Of a DNA stretch of 64,000 nucleotides, positions 46,126 to 54,856 are shown piece by piece. Position numbers and translations under genes: made by a program. How positions within the stretch are numbered: the stretch's first letter is position 1; each line of letters opens with the position of its first letter. Below the pieces are notes generated by a model. That model did not search any database. It worked only from the letters and a program-made list of their open reading frames with translations, and was not told the DNA's origin. This DNA is from Propionibacteriaceae bacterium UBA7704 (GTDB taxonomy: Bacteria; Actinomycetota; Actinomycetes; Propionibacteriales; Propionibacteriaceae), in assembly GCA_002482525.1 (NCBI GenBank), contig DLGC01000010.1, positions 10,834-74,833 on the forward strand, given 5' to 3'.

Positions 46126-46203
46126 GGTCCCTAGAATCGGTGTCGGCGCCGCTTGACTCTCCCCCGGCGGGAGACCCCAGGCTGGAAATGGAGGGAGAAA
46201 AGA

Positions 46204-47019
46204 ATGAACCTCATCCAGATCGGCCGATTCTCTCGGGTGACTCGGTTGTCGGTAAAAGCGCTTCGTCGCTATGCCGACGAAGGCTTGCTCGTCCCCGCGC
46301 ATATTGATGCGTCCAGCGGGTACCGGTATTACACCTATGAGCAGGCTCGAGACGCCGAACTGATCCGGGTGCTGCGATCGTTGGACGTGCCGCTGAGCGA
46401 CATCCAGCGTGCCCTGCAGGCCACCGATCGACAGTCGTTCCTCACGATCCTGAGCGAGCACGAACTCAGGATCCAGAGCGAACTGGCTCACCAGCAGCGA
46501 ATGCTGGGCTTCCTCCGTCAACTCATCAACAACGAAGGAGTCCTCATGCCTTACGACATCTCGATCAAGCAGACCCCGGCCCACTTCGCCGCGGTCGTCC
46601 GTGCCGACGCCACTGCCGCCACCATGGCGGACACTGTCGGGGCCGGCTTCGCGGCAGCCGCGGCTGCCATCCAGGCCAGTGGCGCCGCCTTTGCGGGGCC
46701 TCCGTTCTTCTCCATGGCCACTCCACCCGACGACGAGCCGGCGGAAATCGAGGTGGGTTTCCCGGTGGCGACGGCCTTCACCGACCGTGACGGAGTCATC
46801 GGGGTCGAAGTGCCCGCCATGGTGGTCGCGGCGGCCATCCACCGCGGGCCTTACGATCAGGCCGGACCGGTCTACCAGGCGATCGAGGCCTGGATTCAGG
46901 CGCATGGCCACGCCGGGGTCGGTGCTCCCCGCGAGGTGTATCTGAACTCACCGGGCGATACCACCAACCCCGAGGACTACCTCACCGAGATTCAGTTCCC
47001 GATTTCGACTCCCGCGTAA
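46204..47019 (+). CDS. MerR-family regulator with a GyrI-like effector-binding domain
   Basis: ATG 46204 (GGAGGGAG SD). HTH IQIGRFSRVTRLSVKALRRYADEGLL, a coiled-coil linker, and a GyrI-like C-terminus (GPYDQAGPVYQAIEAWIQAHG...REVYLN). Confidence 0.85.
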   Translation: MNLIQIGRFSRVTRLSVKALRRYADEGLLVPAHIDASSGYRYYTYEQARDAELIRVLRSLDVPLSDIQRALQATDRQSFLTILSEHELRIQSELAHQQRMLGFLRQLINNEGVLMPYDISIKQTPAHFAAVVRADATAATMADTVGAGFAAAAAAIQASGAAFAGPPFFSMATPPDDEPAEIEVGFPVATAFTDRDGVIGVEVPAMVVAAAIHRGPYDQAGPVYQAIEAWIQAHGHAGVGAPREVYLNSPGDTTNPEDYLTEIQFPISTPA

Positions 47020-47186
47020 TCCCAGCGCCGCGATCGGCGGACGCGCCCGACATTTCCGGTCGCGCCGCCGATTGCGGGAATACCCGGCAGAATCGTCGAC
47101 GCTATTGCCCGAAATCACTGGGCCGCGCTGCTGCCCAGGCGGTTTCGCCCTCTAAGCTGACCGGTGATGCGCACTTTGGAACTCCG

Positions 47187-48164
47187 ATGACAGCCCCCGG
47201 CTGGGACGTGACCGGCTACTACGCCGTGCAGCTCCTTCCGGAGCAGGCACCGGCGGAATCGGGCGGACGGCTCGCCGAGCCCGGCATCATCGAGCCGCGA
47301 CCGCTGACGGTGGGCGATGTGCTCGGCGGCGCTTTTCGCGCCGTCCGCTATGCCCCGCTGACCATGTTCGGACTCACTTTGGTTGTGGTGCTCGTCGCCC
47401 AACTGGTCGCGGTGGGAGCGGGGTACCTGATCGATCGGCAGTTCGCGCCGATTCTTCCCCAGGATGACCTCGGCGGTGTCACCTCGATGTTCGGCTGGTC
47501 CAGTCTGACGTCCACGCTGGCCACGATGCTCGCAACCATTGTTGTGGAGATAGGGCTGTCTTTTGCCGTCCATGAAGCCGTCTTCGCTCGGCGGACGACG
47601 CCGTCCGCGGCGCTGCGACGGCTGGGCTCACGAGCTGGCGCCGCGATCGCCTTCGCCACCTTGACCGGGCTCGCCGGAGTCGTCGCGATTGGGCTCCTGG
47701 TTTTCGGCGCTGGAATGCTCGCCGAGGCTGTCGGCGAAGACGGCTGGCTGATCCTGGTGGTGCTGGTGCCCGCCTTTTTGGTTGCGGCGATCTGGATCAG
47801 CATCCGACTGCTGCTGGCACCGTGCGCGATCGCGATCGAGAAGGCCGGTCCGATTCAGGCGATTCGGCGAAGCTGGCGTCTCAGCAAAGGCCAGTTCTGG
47901 CGCATCCTGGGGATCTACCTGCTGGCCAGCATTCTCATTTCGATGGCGGCCAGCACGGTGTCATCGGTGTTCAGCTTCGTGATCTTGCTGATCGGCATGG
48001 CCAACATGGAGGTAGGACTGATCGCGGCCACCGTGGTGTCGACGGTGATCTCTGCGGTGCTCAGCGTCCCGCTCACCGCGGCCGTGGTCACCTTGTTGTA
48101 TGTGGACGCTCGCATCCGTGGTGAAGGGTATGAGCTGCAACTCGCCGAGGCCTTGTACGGATGA
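47187..48164 (+). CDS. Polytopic membrane protein, first gene of the MoxR-associated cluster
   Basis: 325 aa with about 6 TM segments. Its stop forms an ATGA overlap with the next gene. Position matches the membrane protein that precedes DUF4129 in actinobacterial MoxR clusters. Confidence 0.6.
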   Translation: MTAPGWDVTGYYAVQLLPEQAPAESGGRLAEPGIIEPRPLTVGDVLGGAFRAVRYAPLTMFGLTLVVVLVAQLVAVGAGYLIDRQFAPILPQDDLGGVTSMFGWSSLTSTLATMLATIVVEIGLSFAVHEAVFARRTTPSAALRRLGSRAGAAIAFATLTGLAGVVAIGLLVFGAGMLAEAVGEDGWLILVVLVPAFLVAAIWISIRLLLAPCAIAIEKAGPIQAIRRSWRLSKGQFWRILGIYLLASILISMAASTVSSVFSFVILLIGMANMEVGLIAATVVSTVISAVLSVPLTAAVVTLLYVDARIRGEGYELQLAEALYG

Positions 48165-48814
48165 GCCCACCACTGACTCCGAACAGCGACGAGGCCCGCC
48201 GCGAACTCGCCCATGAGCTGTCCAATCCCATCTACTCCGACCAGGGCAGTTGGATCGATGATCTGATCAATCGACTGCTGGACTGGCTGACCGGCGGCAC
48301 CCCACCAACTGAAGGGCTGTCCACCGGCCAATTGGTTGCCCTCATCGCGGTCGCAGCCGCTCTCGCCGCAGTCGTGGTGTGGGCACTGCTGGGTCCAGTC
48401 CGAAGCCGTCGCCGGGCTCGCGGCACCGCCTTGTTCGCAGCCGACGAGCGCACCGCGACGCAGCTGCGCGCCGAGGCCGAATCACTGGCCAGCTCCGAGC
48501 AGTGGAGCCTGGCCTACGTGACCCTGTTCCGGGCGATGATCCGTACCTTGGGTGAGCGGGGCGTGATCACCGAGTTCGCCGCCATGACCGCCCAAGAGGC
48601 GTCCGATCTCGCCGGCCAAAGACTGCCTGGTTTCGAGGCGCGTCTCGGCGCCGCGGCGGGGGTGTTCGATCTGTTGGCCTACGATCACCGCACCGCTCGC
48701 GCCGACCAGTATCAGCAGTTGGTGGATCTGGACGCTGAGGTGTCGACCGCTCAAGCTGTTGCGCCTGAAGCGGCCGTCGCGCTGACGCCGGTCAGGGTGG
48801 AGTCGGCGTCGTGA
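48161..48814 (+). CDS. DUF4129-like protein
   Basis: PLTPNSDEARRELAHELSNPIY N-terminus, one TM segment, and the C-terminal region YVTLFRAMIRTLGERGVI...MTAQEA. Call rests on remembered family features and on position in the cluster. Confidence 0.65.
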   Translation: MSPPLTPNSDEARRELAHELSNPIYSDQGSWIDDLINRLLDWLTGGTPPTEGLSTGQLVALIAVAAALAAVVVWALLGPVRSRRRARGTALFAADERTATQLRAEAESLASSEQWSLAYVTLFRAMIRTLGERGVITEFAAMTAQEASDLAGQRLPGFEARLGAAAGVFDLLAYDHRTARADQYQQLVDLDAEVSTAQAVAPEAAVALTPVRVESAS

Positions 48815-49947
48815 AGAAGCTGCTGATCATCTCCGGTGTGGTGCTGGCCCTTTTCGCCGGCCTTATCGCCGCCACCGTCTTCCTCCCTGAAAGCCCGGAT
48901 CGGCTGGCGAATTCGTTGACGAACCCTCGTCCCGAAGGTGCCCGGGCGCTCGGCCAGGTGCTCGCCCAGGATGGCGTGGCCGTCAACCAGACGAACTCGA
49001 TCGCCGACATCGCTGCCGCCCCGGCTGACTCGACCGTGGCCGTCGTGCTAGAGACGAGTCTGTCCGAGGACGAGGTTGCCGCACTCAACCAGACACCAGC
49101 CGACCTGGTCGTCATCTATTCCGGTTCCGGATTCTCAACCGACCCCGGCAAGCTCGCCGAGGGCCGCCTCGGCGTCCAGGATTGGTCGTGGGGCTATCCC
49201 GCGCCAAATGCCGAATGCGCCGACGCGGACGCCCTGGCCGCAGGCCGGCTCAGTGGCGACGTCGGCTACGGTCTGGTGGCTTTCGACGATCGTGTGATGA
49301 CGTGCTTCACCGACGGCAGCTATGCCAGCCTCTATGCCGACCTGACGACCAGTCGACACCGAGTGACGGTGGTGGCAGGCCTGTCCTGGATTCGAAATTC
49401 GGGCATCACCGACATGGGCAACGCAGCCCTGGCGCTGCGCACCCTGGGTCGCCATGATCAGCTCACCTGGTATCTGCCCGCGGACCGATCACCCACCACG
49501 GTCATTCCTGGCTCGCAAGGCATCGACTCCTTCGAGTTGCTGCCGCCGTGGTCTCGTCCGGTGTTCGGCGTGCTGCTGGCGGCTGCCGCTGCAGCCGCAC
49601 TGTGGCAGGGTCGCCGGTTCGGGGCGCTGGTTCGCGAACCGCTGCCGGTGGAAGTGCCCGCCTCGGAGGCCTCCGCCGGGCTGGCCCGGCTCTATCGTCA
49701 GGCCGGTGCTCGTGGCCACGCCGCTGCAGCCCTGCGTGCTGCGACCATCCACCGTGTCGCCGCCCGGGTGGGCGTGACGGCATCGGACGCTCCGGACACG
49801 GTGATCAGCCAACTCGCGCAGGCCAGCGGAGCTGATCCCGCAGCACTCACTGAGGCGCTCTACGGCCCCCCACCGACCACCGATACTGGCCTGGCGATTC
49901 TCGCCGAGACCTTGACCGACCTCGAAAGAAAGCTGAGCAGCCGATGA
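48811..49947 (+). CDS. DUF4350-like protein
   Basis: GTGA overlap at the start. N-terminal TM segment, then NPRPEGARALGQVLAQDGV. A second TM segment lies near residue 250. Position is immediately upstream of MoxR. Confidence 0.65.
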   Translation: MKKLLIISGVVLALFAGLIAATVFLPESPDRLANSLTNPRPEGARALGQVLAQDGVAVNQTNSIADIAAAPADSTVAVVLETSLSEDEVAALNQTPADLVVIYSGSGFSTDPGKLAEGRLGVQDWSWGYPAPNAECADADALAAGRLSGDVGYGLVAFDDRVMTCFTDGSYASLYADLTTSRHRVTVVAGLSWIRNSGITDMGNAALALRTLGRHDQLTWYLPADRSPTTVIPGSQGIDSFELLPPWSRPVFGVLLAAAAAAALWQGRRFGALVREPLPVEVPASEASAGLARLYRQAGARGHAAAALRAATIHRVAARVGVTASDAPDTVISQLAQASGADPAALTEALYGPPPTTDTGLAILAETLTDLERKLSSR

Positions 49948-51089
49948 CCGATTCCCTGCCGCCCAGTGCGGGACAGCCGTACCCCACCCCGCCAGGCGTC
50001 GGCGCCCTGCCGCCGGTCACGGACTCGCCGGAGTCCTTTTTCGCACCCACCCCGGCATCGGCTCCCCCGTCGGGCCTGCCGACCCCGATGGGTACGCCTC
50101 CGGCAGCCGTCGCACCGCCGTCGACGCCCCGGTTCGCGCTGAATCCGGCGCAGGAAACCCTGCAGCGGGTCCGTGCCGAGGTGGCCAAGGCTGTGGTGGG
50201 TCAGGACGCCGCGGTCACCGGCCTGTTGGTCGGGCTGTTGGTCGGCGGTCACGTGCTGCTGGAGGGTGTGCCGGGGGTCGCCAAGACACTGCTGGTGCGG
50301 GCCCTGTCGGCGAGCCTGAGCCTGGAGACTCGACGCGTCCAGTTCACCCCTGATCTGATGCCCGGTGATGTCACCGGTTCGTTGATCTACAACGCCCAGG
50401 CCGGCGAGTTCGACTTCCGTCCCGGCCCGATCTTCACCAACCTGCTGCTGGCCGATGAGATCAACCGCACTCCGCCCAAGACGCAGGCGGCTCTGCTGGA
50501 GGCGATGGAGGAGCATCAGGTGAGCGTGGACGGCGACTCGCGCGAGCTGCCTGATCCGTTCATGGTGGTGGCTACGCAGAATCCGGTCGAGTACGAGGGC
50601 ACCTATCCGTTGCCGGAGGCCCAACTGGATCGCTTCCTGTTGAAGATCGTGCTGCCGATTCCGCCGCGTGAGGACGAGATCACCGTGCTGTCGCGTCACG
50701 CTGCCGGCTTCAACCCCAGCGATCTGAAGGCTGCCGGGTTGACCCAGGTCGCGCAGGCATCCGACTTGGTCACCGCCCGTGAGCAGGTGGCTCGCGTCCG
50801 GGTCGATCCGCAGGTCACCGGCTACATCGTGGATTTGTGTCGCGCCACCCGCTCGGCACCGTCGGTGTCGCTGGGGGTGTCGCCGCGTGGCGCCACCGCA
50901 CTGTTGAAGACTGCGCGGGCGTGGGCCTGGCTCAGCGGGCGCGATTTCGTCACTCCCGATGATGTGAAGGCCATGGCGGTCGCCACGCTCAATCACCGCA
51001 TCGGCATTCGCACCGAGGCCCAGATGGACGGCCAGCAGGCGGCCGGCATCATCACCAATGTGCTGGCCACGGTGCCGGTGCCGCGCTGA
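49944..51089 (+). CDS. MoxR-family AAA+ ATPase with a Pro-rich N-terminal extension
   Basis: Walker A GVPGVAKT, Walker B LLADEINR, and ATQNPVEYEGTYPLPEAQLDRF. About the first 60 residues are Pro-rich low complexity. Confidence 0.9.
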   Translation: MTDSLPPSAGQPYPTPPGVGALPPVTDSPESFFAPTPASAPPSGLPTPMGTPPAAVAPPSTPRFALNPAQETLQRVRAEVAKAVVGQDAAVTGLLVGLLVGGHVLLEGVPGVAKTLLVRALSASLSLETRRVQFTPDLMPGDVTGSLIYNAQAGEFDFRPGPIFTNLLLADEINRTPPKTQAALLEAMEEHQVSVDGDSRELPDPFMVVATQNPVEYEGTYPLPEAQLDRFLLKIVLPIPPREDEITVLSRHAAGFNPSDLKAAGLTQVAQASDLVTAREQVARVRVDPQVTGYIVDLCRATRSAPSVSLGVSPRGATALLKTARAWAWLSGRDFVTPDDVKAMAVATLNHRIGIRTEAQMDGQQAAGIITNVLATVPVPR

Positions 51090-51094
51090 CGCCG

Positions 51095-52399
51095 ATGGCG
51101 ATTTCGGGGCGAGTACCGCTGCTGGTGCTGCTGGGGGTGGTGCCGACCATCATCTGGCCACAGCCGCTGACAGTGATCGGCTGGGTATTGCTGGTCGTGA
51201 TCGTCAGCGGTATTGATCTGCTGGCTGCGGTGCGTCCGGAGTTGTTGCAGTTCAGTCGCGAGTTACCGCCCAGTGTGCGACTCAGCGAGACCACCACCTC
51301 GACGGTGACGGTGTTGAATCCGACGCGGCGGCGTGCTCGGGTGCAGGTGCGTGACGCGTGGCCGCCGAGCGCGACTCCAGCGGCACAGCGTCCGCTGCTG
51401 GTGGTGAATCCGGGCAGTTCGCTGCGTCAGCTCACCGAGCTGACGCCGACTCGGCGCGGCGATCTGGCTGCGGCTGCGGTGACGGTGCGCTCCTTCGGGC
51501 CGCTGCGGTTGGCGGCCCGTCAGCGTTCGCTGAGCGTGCCGGGGGTGCTGCGGGTGCTGCCGGAGTTTCGTTCGCGCAGCCACTTGCCGTCCCGGCTGGC
51601 CCGGCTGCGGGAGCTGGACGGTCAGGCCTCGGTGCAGGTGCGCGGCCAGGGCACTGAGTTCGATTCGTTGCGCGAGTATGCCGCCGGTGATGATGTGCGC
51701 TCCATCGACTGGCGGGCGACCGCGCGCGCCACACGCACCATGGTTCGCACCTGGCGTCCGGAGCGGGATCGGCATGTGCTGATGGTGTTGGATACCTCTC
51801 GCTGGGCGGCTGGCCGGATCGGCGGTGCTGCTGCCGATCAGTTGCGGTTGGATGCCGGTATCGAGGTGTGTCTGTTGATGGCCGCGCTCGGCTCGGCGTC
51901 CGGGGATCGGATGAGCCTGTTGCTGGCCGATACCGAGGTGCGCCAGCGCCTGGCCGGCACGGCGAAGGGTTCAGCGCTGGCCGCCTTCGCCGACCGCCTG
52001 AGTCTGGCCGAGGCCGAGCTCACCGAAACCGACTGGTCGATGGTGGCCGCCCAGGTGAACCAACTGTGCCGCCAGCGCAGCCTGGTGGTGCTGATCACCG
52101 GCCTGGACCCGGCCTTGTACGCCGAGGGTTTGGGCACCGTGCTGGGTCAACTCGCCCACAGCCACCAGATCGTCATCGCCCACGTCACCGATCCGGCCGA
52201 ACAAACCCCGCTCGACGACACCCCCGACGCCGATGCCTCCTACGACGCCGCCGCCTCAGCCCGACTGTGGCTGGCAACCCAGGCCCTGTCCAACCGAGTG
52301 CACCGCATGGGCGTCGAAGTCGTCCACGCCGACCCCGATCACCTCGCCCCCGCCGTCTGCGACACCTACCTGACCCTGAAAGCCACCGGTCGCCTCTAA
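51095..52399 (+). CDS. DUF58 protein (MoxR partner)
   Basis: GTEFDSLREYAAGDDVRSIDWRATAR signature, two N-terminal TM segments, and a VWA-like C-terminal half. Confidence 0.85.
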   Translation: MAISGRVPLLVLLGVVPTIIWPQPLTVIGWVLLVVIVSGIDLLAAVRPELLQFSRELPPSVRLSETTTSTVTVLNPTRRRARVQVRDAWPPSATPAAQRPLLVVNPGSSLRQLTELTPTRRGDLAAAAVTVRSFGPLRLAARQRSLSVPGVLRVLPEFRSRSHLPSRLARLRELDGQASVQVRGQGTEFDSLREYAAGDDVRSIDWRATARATRTMVRTWRPERDRHVLMVLDTSRWAAGRIGGAAADQLRLDAGIEVCLLMAALGSASGDRMSLLLADTEVRQRLAGTAKGSALAAFADRLSLAEAELTETDWSMVAAQVNQLCRQRSLVVLITGLDPALYAEGLGTVLGQLAHSHQIVIAHVTDPAEQTPLDDTPDADASYDAAASARLWLATQALSNRVHRMGVEVVHADPDHLAPAVCDTYLTLKATGRL

Positions 52400-52426
52400 C
52401 TGCCCGCAGCCAGCCCATTCCTCGTT

Positions 52427-52571
52427 CCCTGAGCTTGTCGAAGGGCCCACCACCGGCTGGTTGAGGAGGCCCAAGGGGCCGTCTCGAAACCACGCAAGAT
52501 ACACGCACAGCCAAACGACACCACAACCCCGGTTTCGAGACGCTCGCTTCGCTCGCTCCTCAACCAGCCGG
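52427..52571. repeat. Repeat cluster: FDKL-type element plus an inverted/forward REP pair
   Basis: CCCTGAGCTTGTCGAAGGGC at 52427-52446. Inverted REP unit at 52453-52491 (inner hairpin GGCCC-aag-GGGCC). Forward REP unit at 52531-52571. The same pair recurs at 53536-53652. Confidence 0.75.
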
Positions 52572-52591
52572 CCGGCCAATTGGTGCGTAGG

Positions 52592-53278
52592 TCAGGGACG
52601 ATCTTCGTAGTAGGTCTGGCCGACAGTGATCCACGCGAACCATTGATACTCCGACAAGCTACGGAGGAGTTCATCCGATGACGGACCAGAAATTCGCCGA
52701 GACTGCTCCGTGGTCTCACCAACAAGAAAATCCGAAATCGGCACTATCGACCGCTGTGCCGACGCAAACGTTACCCAGACCCTCGCCTGATCAGAACACC
52801 TGTATATTGCCACCGTCGTTGGAGCACCCCCAATGGGCGACTGGGGCCCGGGATCCAGCTCCAGGGTTGGGCACTTGCCTGCAATTCGGTCGCGAACTGC
52901 AATCGCCATATCTTCATATTCCCCGGACCACGCCAAGTACGACGCCGCAGAGGCTGCGCACGACAACCGAAATCCGTCATGGACCTTGTAATTGTTCTGA
53001 CCCTGCTCACACGAAGTCCAGACGGTCTCACCGATGGAAGAGGCACTGTCAGTCCTCAATTCTCTCGAAAGATCCGACACTTGACTGATAGCGGCAAGCC
53101 GCTCCCCATTCGCGACTCGCCCATCCAACACGTCAGCCATCGTCGGCCTTGCCCATTCGAAAAATGGGTCCACTCCGAGTGCCCACGCAGATACTCGTCC
53201 AGCAACAAACAACCCCGCAGTCATCGTTATAGCAACCAGGACCCCACCAACTGCCGCCCGGACCCATTTGCGCTTCAT
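52592..53278 (-). CDS. Membrane-anchored extracytoplasmic protein, islet paralog A
   Basis: Trimmed to ATG 53278 (AGGAAGG SD). N-terminal KRK + TM segment. About 45-50% identical by eye to 53843..54541, including four aligned Cys. GC content is visibly lower than in the flanks. Confidence 0.6.
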   Translation of the reverse strand: MKRKWVRAAVGGVLVAITMTAGLFVAGRVSAWALGVDPFFEWARPTMADVLDGRVANGERLAAISQVSDLSRELRTDSASSIGETVWTSCEQGQNNYKVHDGFRLSCAASAASYLAWSGEYEDMAIAVRDRIAGKCPTLELDPGPQSPIGGAPTTVAIYRCSDQARVWVTFASAQRSIVPISDFLVGETTEQSRRISGPSSDELLRSLSEYQWFAWITVGQTYYEDRP

Positions 53279-53535
53279 AACACCCTTCCTCGGGCTCACC
53301 ATAATCACCCCAGCCTTACCGGGGACACACCTCGGCGTCACGCAAGGAATGCCGACCGACGCCGTATGCGCCTCCTCTTGGCTTTGCACTGCAACGCGGG
53401 GATCGCATCGCACGCACTACCTCACCTCCATGCGTCGCGACGAAACCCACTGCGAGTTGACCCCGGCCACACGGCAGCGACTTGCGACTCCGCACCCTCC
53501 ACGAAGCGCCCCACACGAAGCCACCCCTACCCCCA

Positions 53536-53652
53536 CGGCTGGTTGAGGAGGCCCGAAGGGCCGTCTCGAAACCACGCAAGACACACGCAGAACCAAGCGG
53601 CACGACGACCTTGGTTTCGAGACGCTCGCTTCGCTCGCTCCTCAACCAACCG
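53536..53652. repeat. Inverted/forward REP pair between the two islet paralogs
   Basis: Inverted unit 53536-53573 and forward unit 53613-53652, nearly identical to 52453-52571 including the spacer ACGCAAGA(T/C)ACACGCA. Confidence 0.75.
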
Positions 53653-53842
53653 AGGCGGTGACGCGTCCAGGAACTGCCGCCCACAGCAGCCGTGTACGAG
53701 TCGCCGGGCGCGAGGACTTTCGGGCGTTCTGGCGCTTCACCCTCCGGCACTTGAGCGCGCGCCACCGATGACTGAAGCCACATCAGTACCACTAGCATTA
53801 TTGAGATTAGAGGCGTTACGCGCCGCTTTTCAACTACTGGAA

Positions 53843-54541
53843 TCACGGCTGATCCTCAAAGTAGACTCTGCGACTGCTAACTACAGCAAACCATTGATAC
53901 CCGGAAAGACTCGTGAATAGCTCGGTGGACGACGGACCTGACACTCGCCGCGCACTATCGGACGTTTCGCCTATTGAAAGACTCGGATACGAGGAACTCA
54001 TCCCATTGGTGGTCGAAAATTTCACGAGTACGTAAGTTCGTTGATCACACTCGTATCGCGAGACTTCTGTTGGATACCCTGGGGGAGGTTCATGAACATC
54101 GGGCGAAAGCGTGACGCCTGGGCACACACTTGCGACTCTTGCCCGGATCTTTGCAGCCGTGTCAGCGAACTCCCCCGACCAGGCTCGATAGGACACTACA
54201 TCAGCCGCGCATTGAAGCCGATAGCCATCCTGACGCTTCCAGCTGTTCTGCCCCTCCACACAGGAGGTCCAGACCACCTCCGCCACAGGGGTAACACCGT
54301 CAACCACGGACTCCCGAGAAAGGCCCGTCATCTCACTGATCACCGCACGTCTCTCCGCATCAGCAACCCGACCGTCCAAAACATCAGCCACCGTCGGCTT
54401 CGGAGGCTCGAACAGGCCATGACCGTAGACGAACTCAGACATCCGATCAGTCACAAACAGGCCCGCAGCCACCAACACACACACAGATGCCACCACGGCG
54501 ACAGTGGTCCAAATCCGCTTGCTCTTCACACGTTTCACCAA
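53843..54541 (-). CDS. Membrane-anchored extracytoplasmic protein, islet paralog B
   Basis: 232 aa. MVKRVKSKRIW + TM segment. Shares PT(V/M)ADVLDGRVA, VWTSC.(E)GQN, DG(Y/F)RL.CAA, AWSGE, GETS/T, SGPSS.EL, YQWFA and Y(F/Y)ED(Q/R)P with paralog A. Confidence 0.6.
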   Translation of the reverse strand: MVKRVKSKRIWTTVAVVASVCVLVAAGLFVTDRMSEFVYGHGLFEPPKPTVADVLDGRVADAERRAVISEMTGLSRESVVDGVTPVAEVVWTSCVEGQNSWKRQDGYRLQCAADVVSYRAWSGEFADTAAKIRARVASVCPGVTLSPDVHEPPPGYPTEVSRYECDQRTYVLVKFSTTNGMSSSYPSLSIGETSDSARRVSGPSSTELFTSLSGYQWFAVVSSRRVYFEDQP

Positions 54542-54856
54542 TCAGTTTCGCCACTGCGCTCCGGCAACACGTGAGGATGCCGACCCCGCACGCATCGGAA
54601 GCGCATCCCCCAACCAAGACGAGCACAACTCCGCCAACACCACGGTGTACCGAATAGCCGATTGCATAGCGAGCGTTGCCTCATCTCCCGGGCCGAGTCG
54701 AGCCCCTCGGCACACGCTACTGCAAATCAGTCGATCGAGAACAGTGTTTCTGCATGTGTCTTTCTGGTGTTCTTCCGGAACCCACCAGCACACCCTCAGG
54801 AGCGCCTTCAGGGGCCACCTCAAAGCCACACCGGACCTGAGCACGCTGGCGAGCGA

